Shown here piece by piece: positions 17,436 through 26,419 of a stretch of 32,000 nt of DNA. Made by a program: the position numbers and the translations under genes. The stretch is from Telmatocola sphagniphila (GTDB taxonomy: Bacteria; Planctomycetota; Planctomycetia; Gemmatales; Gemmataceae). How positions within the stretch are numbered: position 1 is the first letter of the stretch; each line of letters begins with the position of its first letter. The stretch covers positions 5,850,001 to 5,882,000 of the forward strand of contig NZ_CP074694.1 in assembly GCF_018398935.1 (NCBI RefSeq), in the 5' to 3' direction. The notes under the pieces are model-generated. The model was given only the letters and a program-made list of their open reading frames with translations. It was not told the DNA's origin and ran no database searches.

Positions 17436-18410
17436 ATGAACTGTCGAATGCTGTTATTGGCCATTGTATTGATAGGTACTGCACTCCAGGCGGAGGAGCC
17501 TCAGGGGTTCGACAAGACCCAGATGGACCGCCAGTTGTACGATACTCTGCGCGATGTCCACAACCGCGGTCGCGAACTTTACAACAAGGGCGACACGGTT
17601 GGTTGTCTAAGGTTATTCGAAGGAGCTCTGGAACTCACCCGGCCGGCCTTGCACTACCGCCCGGAGGAACAAAAACTCATCAAGGAAGGGTTGGCCAAAG
17701 CCGCAAAAATCGATTCGACAGGTGATCGCGCTTTCGCGCTTCATGAGTTGATCGAGGACGTCCGGAAGCGGCTGGTCAACCGGGAGATTTCCAAGGCGAA
17801 GGACACGCCAAAGATTAAAGAAGAAAACAAATCGAAAGCGGACGCCAAGCCCAAAGTCGAGGTTAAACCCAAAGAGGATAGCAAATCGAAGGACGGACCC
17901 AATCTGGTGGTTCCCAAGGAGGAGCCGAAGAAAAAAGATCCCCCCAAGACCCTGGAGATGATTCCGATCATTCCCCGGGAGCTTTTGATTCCGGAAAAGA
18001 AAGATCAATCCAACAAGGAGCCGGAGAAGAATTCCCAGGGTATGCTTCTGAGCAGCAAGAACTCTACTACCCCGGAACCGATGCCCATCAAGAAGACCCC
18101 TAAAAAACCGGTCGATCCCAAACTAGCTCTCACCGGGAAGCTCTACTGGCAGGGCAATCCACTCGAGGGGGTAGATCTCATGTTTGTCTCTCGGGATGCC
18201 GCAAAATTGAAAGTTTACGAAACAACGACCTTGGAAGAGGGACGATATGCTCTTGAGGGAATTCCGTCCGGCAAGTACACGGTGATCTTAAATCCGGTAC
18301 CTTCCGTGAATAAGACGCCATTGCCGTCACGCTATCAGACGGTGACCGATTCCCCTTTGATATTCTTCATTTCCGGACCAGGCGATACGCTCGATTTCCT
18401 TTTGAAATGA
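17436..18410 (+). CDS. secreted hypothetical protein with Lys/Pro/Glu-rich linker and C-terminal carboxypeptidase-regulatory-like domain
   Basis: Signal peptide MNCRMLLLAIVLIGTALQA. A helical N-domain is followed by a ~100-aa KPKVEVKPKEDSKSK..PKKKDPPK linker. The C-terminus reads GKLYWQGNPLEGVDLMFV..EEGRYALEGIPSGKYTVIL..LPSRYQTVTDSPLIFFIS..DTLDFLL. Confidence 0.7.
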   Translation: MNCRMLLLAIVLIGTALQAEEPQGFDKTQMDRQLYDTLRDVHNRGRELYNKGDTVGCLRLFEGALELTRPALHYRPEEQKLIKEGLAKAAKIDSTGDRAFALHELIEDVRKRLVNREISKAKDTPKIKEENKSKADAKPKVEVKPKEDSKSKDGPNLVVPKEEPKKKDPPKTLEMIPIIPRELLIPEKKDQSNKEPEKNSQGMLLSSKNSTTPEPMPIKKTPKKPVDPKLALTGKLYWQGNPLEGVDLMFVSRDAAKLKVYETTTLEEGRYALEGIPSGKYTVILNPVPSVNKTPLPSRYQTVTDSPLIFFISGPGDTLDFLLK

Positions 18411-18414
18411 TCGA

Positions 18415-18978
18415 TCAGCGATTGCGGGTCAGTGCGTCCAGCAGTCGTTCCAGATCGCTATCCACCTGAAGTAATGGGCGTTTATTCAGCGGGCGCAGGC
18501 CATACTTCGTTTTGAGAAACCCTTCGCTCTCTGCCTTGTCAATCCAGCTTAGTAGCGGATCGAAGAACCCAAAAGCGTTCCATAGTCCGATCGGCTTGGC
18601 GTGGATATTCAGCTGGGCTTCCGTCAGCGATTCGAAGAGTTCATCCAAGGTACCGTAGCCGCCGGGCAATGCCAGGAAGCCATCGGCCCGCTCCGACATC
18701 ACCCCTTTGCGCTGCGCCATCGTCTCGACGACGATTAATTCCGTGCAATCGGCTTTGGCGATTTCTTTTTCGTCCAGAAAGCGCGGAATGACGCCAATGA
18801 CTTGGCCACCCGCGCTCAAAACGCTCTCAGCCAGGGTTCCCATCAGCCCAATCGCCCCGCCGCCGTATACCAGCGTTATCCCTCGACGAGCCAGCGACTC
18901 ACCGAGATTACGGGTCAATTCGACATATCGGGGATTGGTCCCCTTTTGCGATCCGCAGTAAACACAGAGATATTTCAT
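18415..18978 (-). CDS. LOG family protein (cytokinin riboside 5'-monophosphate phosphoribohydrolase-like, TIGR00730-type)
   Basis: VYCGSQKG, LVYGGGAIGLMG and the PGGYGTLDELFE motif. Length 187 aa. Confidence 0.9.
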   Translation of the reverse strand: MKYLCVYCGSQKGTNPRYVELTRNLGESLARRGITLVYGGGAIGLMGTLAESVLSAGGQVIGVIPRFLDEKEIAKADCTELIVVETMAQRKGVMSERADGFLALPGGYGTLDELFESLTEAQLNIHAKPIGLWNAFGFFDPLLSWIDKAESEGFLKTKYGLRPLNKRPLLQVDSDLERLLDALTRNR

Positions 18979-18987
18979 TCGGCTATA

Positions 18988-19245
18988 TTATACCGCAGTC
19001 TCTTTGCGTTTGCGAAATCGGGCCCCGGCCATAACTCCCAGTCCGATCAGGCCGCTGAGAATCGTGGCGGGTTCCGGGGTCGATGCGACGGGAGGAGACC
19101 CGGGATCAGGGCCACCGGCCTCACTCACCGGATTGCTGGGATTCGTGCGCGGCGGGCTATTGACGATCGGGGGAAAGAAAGCCGAGGCGGTAACAGGCAG
19201 CAAAAGTACCGCACCGGCACTTAAGAGAAGCGTGCGTCGTAGCAT
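18988..19245 (-). CDS. small PEP-CTERM sorting domain-containing protein
   Basis: ATG at 19245-19243. Signal peptide MLRRTLLLSAGAVLLLPVTASA, a ~35-aa Pro-rich segment, then PEPATILSGLIGLGVMAGARFRKRK (PEP motif, TM helix, basic cluster). Confidence 0.75.
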   Translation of the reverse strand: MLRRTLLLSAGAVLLLPVTASAFFPPIVNSPPRTNPSNPVSEAGGPDPGSPPVASTPEPATILSGLIGLGVMAGARFRKRKETAV

Positions 19246-19543
19246 GTAAAGTCCCTCCTGGACTATCGGGTCCGGCAATCCACCGAACCGGAATCAATCT
19301 ATCCGTGCATTGAATCGGATTCTCAGAGAACGCCACTTTTGCGGATTTCCCCCTTTTTCCCAGAATCTCCAGTTTGTGTATTTGAAGCGATTTTGCAGAA
19401 GGTGCGGAAAGTGCACAACATGCGGTTTGCGAGGCTGGGTAATCTGCGCGAACGGCCGGCGAGCTTCGATATCTGTCGATTAGACGAGGTTGCGATGTCG
19501 ATTCTCTATCTTGTACGTCGGTGGGTCTCCACGGAGGGTAGGT

Positions 19544-21286
19544 ATGAACAAGCTAGTGGGTGGAATGTGCGTAACCTTGGGATTAACTAGCTGGCTGAAT
19601 GCGCAAGATGCCGCTCCCCAAGCGGCTACCCTGGGTACCCCTCGAGCCGCCTCCCTCGGCAAACCGATTGCCAAGTCGCGCAGCAACTTCGCCGATCTGG
19701 AACCCATTCAACAAGCTCAAAGTCTTGATAAGAAACCGGTGGAACTGCCGCTGCCGATGCCCAGCGCTCCTAACATTCCACTTACCAGCAGCCTGCCGCC
19801 GATGCCTGAACTGCCGCCGGCTTTGACCATACCCCCGGTGAACTCCGCTCAAGGCAATAAAGCCACCATACCGGTTTCGCCGACCGCGAATTCGACTATC
19901 CCCAGCATTCCGGCCATTATGCCCGGGGCTATCAATAGCACGCCGGTAAATACCATCCCGAGTCAGGTGGGTAGCCCCAGTAATCCTCCGATCAATTACG
20001 TCACTCAGCCCAGCGGTCAGATGATCCCGTATTATCCGACAGCGGGCATGCAGGTCCAGAATGGTACGGTCATTCAGAATGGCTCAGTAATTCAGAATGG
20101 GGCTGTTCCCCAGAACGGAATGATCGGTGCCCCGATGGTGGTCGGTCCCACGGGCATCGGCGGCGATTTTGGAACCTGCGTCGATGCTCCCTGCACGACC
20201 GGCGGCTTGCTCTTCGGCAAGGACGGCAGCTGCTTCTATGCCAGCGCTGAGTTCCTCGCCTACACCACCAAGGGGACACGCGTTCCACCACTCGTGACGA
20301 CCGGGCCCGCTTCGTCCCTGGGCATCCTCGGCCAATCGGGAGTCTCCAGCCTGGTTTCCGCCAGTCAGATCGATCCTACCGGTCGAACGGGTGGCAAAAT
20401 CGGCTTGGGTGTTTGGTTGGGGGCCGATAAGAAGTGCGCCATCGAAGTGGCCTTTTTGATGCTCAATCCGTCAAACCGGAACGTTGGCTTCTCCAGCGAT
20501 GGCACCACGGTCTTGGCCCGGCCGTTCTTCAGCGCCAATGCGGGAGCGGAAACGGCGGAAATCGTGGCCGCCCCCGGGATATCCTCAGGTTCTATTGGGA
20601 TCAGTTCGACGAGCAGCTTCAACAGCGCCGAAATCAATTTCCGCAAGAAGTTGTTTGAAGATTGCAAATACAACATCGACTGGGTGATCGGTTTCCGGCA
20701 CCTGAACCTGGACGAAGGGATCACCGTCAGCGAACGGGTCAGCGGACTGCCGGGAACGGCCAACGCCGGTATCAACGGCGGCATCTACGATTCGTTTAAG
20801 ACCAACAACCAGTTCAACGGCGGTCAGATCGGTGCCATCCTCGAATGCCATTCGGGCCGCTGGACCTTTGGCTTTACCCCGAAGCTGGCATTGGGTGTGA
20901 CCTCGTCCACGACGAATATCGAAGGTGGCTTGACCCAATTCGGACCGGTGATTGCTCCTGTAAGCACTCCCGGTGGTCTGTTAGCTCTCAATAGCAATAT
21001 CGGCAGCCACAGCAGTACCAATTTCGCGGCCGTGGGTGATCTTGGCTTTAACATCGGTTACACGATTACTCAGCACTGTAAAGTGTTCGCGGGCTATAAC
21101 CTGATTTACTGGTCGAATGTGCAGCGACCGGGCGATCAGATCGATCGCGTAATAGATGAAACCCGGGTGCCAATCCTGAACAATCAGGCCGGACTTACTC
21201 CCGTGGGGGGACGTCCGGTTTATCTGGATAAGAGTTCCAGCTACTGGGCTCAGGGTGTGACCATTGGGTTGGTCTTCACCTGGTAA
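19544..21286 (+). CDS. BBP7-family outer-membrane beta-barrel protein
   Basis: ATG at 19544 preceded by ggagggtagg. Signal MNKLVGGMCVTLGLTSWLNAQD, then a Pro-rich N-terminal region. FYASAEFLAYTTKGTRVPPLVTTGP is the BBP7 hallmark. Alternating beta-strand pattern with a C-terminal ..GVTIGLVFTW ending in an aromatic residue. Confidence 0.75.
   Translation: MNKLVGGMCVTLGLTSWLNAQDAAPQAATLGTPRAASLGKPIAKSRSNFADLEPIQQAQSLDKKPVELPLPMPSAPNIPLTSSLPPMPELPPALTIPPVNSAQGNKATIPVSPTANSTIPSIPAIMPGAINSTPVNTIPSQVGSPSNPPINYVTQPSGQMIPYYPTAGMQVQNGTVIQNGSVIQNGAVPQNGMIGAPMVVGPTGIGGDFGTCVDAPCTTGGLLFGKDGSCFYASAEFLAYTTKGTRVPPLVTTGPASSLGILGQSGVSSLVSASQIDPTGRTGGKIGLGVWLGADKKCAIEVAFLMLNPSNRNVGFSSDGTTVLARPFFSANAGAETAEIVAAPGISSGSIGISSTSSFNSAEINFRKKLFEDCKYNIDWVIGFRHLNLDEGITVSERVSGLPGTANAGINGGIYDSFKTNNQFNGGQIGAILECHSGRWTFGFTPKLALGVTSSTTNIEGGLTQFGPVIAPVSTPGGLLALNSNIGSHSSTNFAAVGDLGFNIGYTITQHCKVFAGYNLIYWSNVQRPGDQIDRVIDETRVPILNNQAGLTPVGGRPVYLDKSSSYWAQGVTIGLVFTW
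20054..20119 (+). repeat. in-frame 18-bp tandem repeat (about 3.7 units) inside the BBP7 gene
   Basis: gtccagaatggtacggtc / attcagaatggctcagta / attcagaatggggctgtt / ccccagaacgga encodes VQNGTV-IQNGSV-IQNGAV-PQNG. Confidence 0.8.
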
Positions 21287-21295
21287 AGTTGCTTC

Positions 21296-21321
21296 GCGAC
21301 GCGGCGATCTGGCTGCGTCGC
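21296..21321. terminator. hairpin in the 41-bp gap between two convergent genes (possible bidirectional terminator)
   Basis: gcgacgc-(12 nt)-gcgtcgc is a perfect 7-bp GC-rich stem, followed by tcggttt on the plus strand. Confidence 0.45.
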
Positions 21322-21327
21322 TCGGTT

Positions 21328-22266
21328 TCAACCGCGCCAGCCAAAAACAATTCTTCGCTTCTCCGCCGGCACCAGCTTCGACAATTGCGTGGCCACCTCT
21401 TCCACCGGAAAATGCGCCATCGAAAGCGTGCGGTTGCGGGGTCGATGCGACGAGTAGCCGCTCATGATCACGAAGCGTTCCCGCTCTTTCTGCCGCGATT
21501 CATGGTGATAGACCTGGGCGGCATCGCACAGGATGACGGTTCCCATCGGTCCGGTGCACTGTTTCCATTTATCTTCGGGCAGGATCGTCCCCATCTGTTC
21601 GTTGTTGATCATTCCCCCTGCCACGGAGACCGGTCGCCGGATCGTATCGCCTACGCGTCGCGGAATGTATTCGAAGGGGCCACCCCCGGGATGGACATCG
21701 TTCAAGTAGATCAGCATTCGAAAGACATGGAAATCTTCGGCATCCAGATGCCAGAGCCGTGTACCCACATTATCACCGTTCACGGCCGAATGTCGTAACA
21801 CGGCCCCGTGATAAGCGATCGGAAGCCGAATATAGCGTTGCACCAGGCTAAGCAGTTTATCTTCCAGGCCCAGCAGAAAGAGTTCGGGCAATTCTTCGAG
21901 TAGCTTCTGCGGGATCAAGTCTTTCGAGGCTACCGAGGATTTCCAGAACGCAGCACTCTCCGGATTCTGGTGTTCGCGGATATACCGGCTGGCCTTGTTC
22001 AGCACTTGTTCCGCGCGACCGGGAATCAGCTTGTCGAGCGAAGTGACGTGCACTCCTTCGGTTTCGAGATCGTGAATCACTTCCGATTCAAAATCCGTGG
22101 GTGGAGTGCGGGTTAAAAAATCATTCATTCGCGCGCGAACAGTCTGAGTGGAGAGCATCCACTTGGTTCGCACTTTTTCTTTAAGACTCTGCATTGGCAC
22201 GAGGGTATCGCCTCTTTTAATACAGGCAGGTGGTATCGATCCATCTGCAGTCTCTGAAATAAGCAA
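21328..22266 (-). CDS. putative Fe(II)/2-oxoglutarate-dependent oxygenase (prolyl-4-hydroxylase/PhyH-like), start uncertain
   Basis: WHLDAED (H-x-D), MLIYLNDVHPGGGPFEYIP (P4H-like YLNDV..GG..F), a distal His in AAQVYHHES, and an Arg in RFVIMSGYS. The track start at 22266 is TTG; the first ATG is 22194. Confidence 0.55.
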   Translation of the reverse strand: MLISETADGSIPPACIKRGDTLVPMQSLKEKVRTKWMLSTQTVRARMNDFLTRTPPTDFESEVIHDLETEGVHVTSLDKLIPGRAEQVLNKASRYIREHQNPESAAFWKSSVASKDLIPQKLLEELPELFLLGLEDKLLSLVQRYIRLPIAYHGAVLRHSAVNGDNVGTRLWHLDAEDFHVFRMLIYLNDVHPGGGPFEYIPRRVGDTIRRPVSVAGGMINNEQMGTILPEDKWKQCTGPMGTVILCDAAQVYHHESRQKERERFVIMSGYSSHRPRNRTLSMAHFPVEEVATQLSKLVPAEKRRIVFGWRG

Positions 22267-22685
22267 CGGCGGGCGCCGTCGTACAACGGCACTTTGGAGA
22301 TCAGAGACGAATTCAGGTCCAATGGGGGGGTATTAGCCTGACTAATACTATCTGATTTTTTCGATTTGCTGCAAGAGCAATCTGGTTCAGGAGTTTCCGT
22401 TATTTGTGTGTCAAACTGTTAATCGGACGATTGTTCGATTAATTTAGATTCAATAGTTGTCATAAGATGTGAATTTGAAGGAGTTTACGACAAATTTTTG
22501 CCAGAGTGAAAATTCAACTCGAAGAGGAATATTCCGCACCGGCAAGAAGTGAAAGGTTGTCGAAATCATAACCTTCGGATAACTTTCTGTCTCTTAGGTG
22601 AGTAAGTAGATCTGCCGACAGGTTATTTTGTGAAATTTTTCCAGCTTGCTAAAGCTATCGAAACTGTGGTTTGAGGTTTGCATTC

Positions 22686-23297
22686 ATGAGTACCAATATC
22701 GTCACAGTTCTCACCATTATCGGTAAAGCCTCCGTGCAAGTGGAAGAGGCCTGTTCAGAGATTCTCAATCGAAAGAAAAAGCCCAAAAAACGTGATCTCT
22801 CTTTAGGTAGTGATGACTGGACCGCGGAAGATCATAAAGCGCTTGAAAACCTCTGCGAGAATCTCCTCAACATCGCTTCGCAACTACCAGTTGTTTACTA
22901 CTCGCAATATCTGGATGGCTGGTCGATGTGCGATTCACGTTGGTTCTTTCTGGAGTGGCCGGATGGTATTCGGCGGCAAATTTATGGCGATGATTATGGA
23001 TTGGTTTATTATCCCCAAAGCATTTGTAACTCAATACTTGAGCAATTGAAAAAAATCAAACGTCGACGTAACGTTGTTGCTGAGAATCGAATGTATAACG
23101 ACCGACTCAGAGAGGCGATTGATGCGGCGAGCTGGATAAAGGCGCCTTTTGTCGTGGTGGCTTTCAGTAAATGTCTGGGTGGAAGTCGATTAGACGACGA
23201 AATCGAAGCTTCCCAGAATCAAGAAATCGATCTGCATGCGGTGAAACCTTCGGATAAACCGCCCTCGGGTCGTTTGACATTCGGGGTGAATTTTTAG
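22686..23297 (+). CDS. hypothetical protein (orphan, low G+C)
   Basis: A 203-codon open frame from ATG 22686 lies in DNA AT-rich enough that long stop-free frames are unlikely by chance. I recognise no motif. Confidence 0.55.
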   Translation: MSTNIVTVLTIIGKASVQVEEACSEILNRKKKPKKRDLSLGSDDWTAEDHKALENLCENLLNIASQLPVVYYSQYLDGWSMCDSRWFFLEWPDGIRRQIYGDDYGLVYYPQSICNSILEQLKKIKRRRNVVAENRMYNDRLREAIDAASWIKAPFVVVAFSKCLGGSRLDDEIEASQNQEIDLHAVKPSDKPPSGRLTFGVNF

Positions 23298-23378
23298 TGG
23301 GTAAAAAAAAATGCTCCTTCCTCGCATCCCGCCTCGAAAATTGATCTCATTTCTGAAATTGTCCGTCTTTTTTCTCCC

Positions 23379-23912
23379 TCAAGTAAACGTCATGGCGATA
23401 GCGAGACCCGCCATCATCGCGCCGATTATTGCCTTGGCCGCAGTGCCAAACAACCGACCTTTGAAGGCCGCTCGACCAATTTTCCAACTGTCCTGGAAAG
23501 TTTGACCTTTGGTGGTTTCGCCGAGCATGGCACCGATCAGCGCCCCCAGTCCGGCAAATAGAACGGCCGCAAGCACCGATCCGATGATCGGTATCGGTAT
23601 TCCAATAAACAATCCACCGATGGATCCGATAATCGAGCCAAGCAGAGAAAAAAACGCTCCGCGCCGACTGCCGCCGGCTTTCTTGACGCTGGCCGAACTC
23701 GTGGAAAGTTCTGCGATCTCGCCCAGAAAGGCCAAACAGGTCACGATGCCCACTGCCCACCAACGCGTAGTACTACTCCCATGATCTGGCATCAGCCAAA
23801 CGTACAGGACCGTCGCCAAAACAATTAACCAGTTACTGGGAAACCCCAGCAAAGTTATCAGCCAGAAGAGCATCACGGCCAGGACAAATAACAGGGCGAG
23901 AATAAATGTCAT
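23379..23912 (-). CDS. DUF456 family membrane protein
   Basis: 177 aa with four or five TM segments. LLGFPSNWLIVL near the N-terminus, GEIAEL..ASVKKAGGSRRGAFFSLLGSIIGSIGG and GSVLAAVLFAGLGALIGAMLGE match the DUF456 pattern. Confidence 0.7.
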   Translation of the reverse strand: MTFILALLFVLAVMLFWLITLLGFPSNWLIVLATVLYVWLMPDHGSSTTRWWAVGIVTCLAFLGEIAELSTSSASVKKAGGSRRGAFFSLLGSIIGSIGGLFIGIPIPIIGSVLAAVLFAGLGALIGAMLGETTKGQTFQDSWKIGRAAFKGRLFGTAAKAIIGAMMAGLAIAMTFT

Positions 23913-24085
23913 GGCTGGAATCCTTCACATCATCGAGCAATGAATCCTCAAATAAAAAAAGTCATTACTCAGAAGTCATTTTCCGGCGAGGGAGGGGCGA
24001 CCACTCCGGATAGTGCGCGGCAATCGAGACACTAAAGAACGGCTCTACCTGTTTCAGACGAGGGTTTCCGTATCAACAGCGGCGA

Positions 24086-25768
24086 TTACATCCCGGTTAC
24101 GTGTCCATCCTTGTCCACGTCAATTCGGCGGGCGGACGGTTCCGTGGGCAAGCCGGGCATGGTGCTGATTTCGCCCGCTAACGCATAAAGGAAGCCTGCT
24201 CCGGCCGCCAGGCGAACATCACGAATGGGAAAGCGAAAGCCCCGTGGTCGGCCCAACAAGTGTGGATCGTGAGACAGCGAATACTGCGTCTTGGCGATGC
24301 ACACCGGCAACTGGCCAAAACCTAACTTGGCGTATTCCGCCAGTCGTTTTTTGGCCAGCGGTTCGTAATCCACGCCGTCCGCACCATACAACTGCGTGGC
24401 CAGCGTGTCGATTTTTTCTTCCGCACTGCTTTGAAGATCGTAGAGGGGCCGAAAATCCGACGGCGAAGCACACGCATCGACCACGGCCTGCGCCAGTTCC
24501 GTCGTACCCTCGCTGCCGCGAGCAAAACCCTCACTCACGGCCACGCCGCGAGCGCCCCAATCGGTTGCCAGTTTGCGGACTACTTCCAGCTCTCGAGGAC
24601 TGTCATCGGGGAAGCGATTGATGGCCACAACGGCCGGCAGTCCGAAGCGACGGACAATGTCGAGATGAGCCTGCAGGTTGACCGCTCCGGCGTGCAGAGC
24701 ATCCAGATTTTCAGAAAGCAGACCCGGATCAAGAGGCCGGCCCGGTTTCAATGCAAATCGACCGCTATGCAATTTCAACGCCCGGAGTGTGCAAACAATG
24801 ACCGCGACGTTGGGGCGCAAGCCACCCACCCGACACTTGATGTCGAACATCTTTTCCGCACCGGCATCGGAGCCGAAACCGGCTTCGGTGACCACGTAAT
24901 CCGCCATTTTCAAAGCGGCCAGATCGGCCAGCACCGAGCTATTCCCATGGGCAATGTTGGCGAACGGACCCGCGTGAACCAGGGCCGGGCCCCCTTCACA
25001 GGTTTGCACGAGATTCGGCCGGATGGCATCGCGCAGAAGAGCGGCCATCGCACCCGCACAACGAATGGCTTCCGCGGTAATCGGCGAACCGTCCGGCGCG
25101 CGGGCAACGATAATCCTTCCGAGTCGCGCCCTCAGATCTTCCAGGCTGGTAGTCAGAGCGAGGATAGCCATAACTTCGGAAGCCGCCGTGAGATCGAATC
25201 CCGTCTCCCGCAAGGGAGCCTGAGGGAGGTCGCCCAGGCCGGTTATGATCCGGCTTAAGCCCTTGTCATTCACATCCAACACCCGGCGCCAGGTAACGGT
25301 GGCCGGGTCCACCAGCGGTTGCAAACGTCTCTTGACGTGATTGTCGAGCACGGCCGCCAGAAGGTTATGCGCGGCGGCCACCGCATGGATATCTCCAGTG
25401 AAATGCGTGTTGATATCGGTCGTTGGGACGAGTGTCGAACGGCCGCCGCCTGCTCCGCCGCCCTTAATGCCGAATACTGGTGCTTGAGAAGGTTGGCGCA
25501 AGCAGGCGATTGCTTTTTTCCCCAAACGACAGAGTCCCATCGTCAAGCCGATCGAGGTAACGGTTTTGCCTTCCCCCAACGGAGTAGGGCTCACGGCGGT
25601 TACTACGATATAGCGGGCGCCGGGTCTTTCCGGCAGTCTTCGCTCCAGCCCCAGAGCGAGTTTTCCTTTATACCAGCCGTACGGTTCGACATCATTCGGA
25701 CCGAGTCCCAATTCGGCGGAAATCTGATCTATGCGAACTGGCGGCTTGGATTCGGTTGGGAGGGACAT
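24086..25768 (-). CDS. fhs: formate--tetrahydrofolate ligase
   Basis: 560 aa. VVTAVSPTPLGEGKTVTSIGL, FGIKGGGAGGG, PALVHAGPFANIAHGNSS and IAKTQYSLSHDP are canonical FTHFS motifs. Confidence 0.95.
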   Translation of the reverse strand: MSLPTESKPPVRIDQISAELGLGPNDVEPYGWYKGKLALGLERRLPERPGARYIVVTAVSPTPLGEGKTVTSIGLTMGLCRLGKKAIACLRQPSQAPVFGIKGGGAGGGRSTLVPTTDINTHFTGDIHAVAAAHNLLAAVLDNHVKRRLQPLVDPATVTWRRVLDVNDKGLSRIITGLGDLPQAPLRETGFDLTAASEVMAILALTTSLEDLRARLGRIIVARAPDGSPITAEAIRCAGAMAALLRDAIRPNLVQTCEGGPALVHAGPFANIAHGNSSVLADLAALKMADYVVTEAGFGSDAGAEKMFDIKCRVGGLRPNVAVIVCTLRALKLHSGRFALKPGRPLDPGLLSENLDALHAGAVNLQAHLDIVRRFGLPAVVAINRFPDDSPRELEVVRKLATDWGARGVAVSEGFARGSEGTTELAQAVVDACASPSDFRPLYDLQSSAEEKIDTLATQLYGADGVDYEPLAKKRLAEYAKLGFGQLPVCIAKTQYSLSHDPHLLGRPRGFRFPIRDVRLAAGAGFLYALAGEISTMPGLPTEPSARRIDVDKDGHVTGM

Positions 25769-26419
25769 GAATACCTCATTGTGCTAGTATCTACGGACGA
25801 AGTGATGTTATACGATCCCCGAGCGAGCTTTCGTAACGAAAGAAGTGTTACTTGGATTCCCCACAACTGGCAACTCCGGAATTTCGATTACAGTAGAGGA
25901 AATTCCCCTTTTTGCCTGAACCGACTGGAAGCCATTTCAAGAGGGGTTGGTAGTACGGCGAGAGTAGCGATTCCATCCCGAAGTCTAGCCCTTTCGCGGA
26001 AGCAGTTCTCAATTTGGATCCGGCTCGCCAGGAAAAAAGATCCTTTTGATATTGAGCGGTACTCTTTTGGCTCTGATGATTGGAGCGATCTTCAGCGCCT
26101 ATCAGGTATCCATCGGAAATTCAAAATTGTTGACCTGAACCTGGGCGAGGTGAGATGTTGCTGAAGTTTTGCGTGAAATGGGAAGCATTAGCCATTGCGA
26201 AAAAGAGGGCCCGGCGATTGCGGTCCGGTTGGACTCTTTAGACCCCCGCAGGAACTAACTCCTACGGACTACAAAGTGGAGCTTAAGAAATTGCGTCAGA
26301 AAATGCAACGTCTCTAAAATGATCAAAGGCTCGAGTCGATTTCGAAAAGACTGAGATGCCCGGATCAAACAAGAATCGAATTTCTCTTCAAAGCGGAAGG
26401 AGAGCGAAAGCATACCGAT

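Noticed and set aside
22771-22830. Possible paralogy between the orphan protein (RKKKPKKRDLSLGSDDW) and the doubtful ORF at 26030-26090 (RKKDPFDIERYSFGSDDW).
   Set aside because: Only about 10 identities over 17-18 residues with a gap, and no similarity outside this patch. That is too short to separate from chance by eye.
25769-26164. ZTP (pfl) or THF riboswitch in the fhs leader.
   Set aside because: On the fhs (minus) strand I could not find the conserved cores, such as the CCGCCUGGGC-like 3' element. The only cctgggcg string (about 26135) is on the wrong strand. An Rfam scan is needed to be sure.
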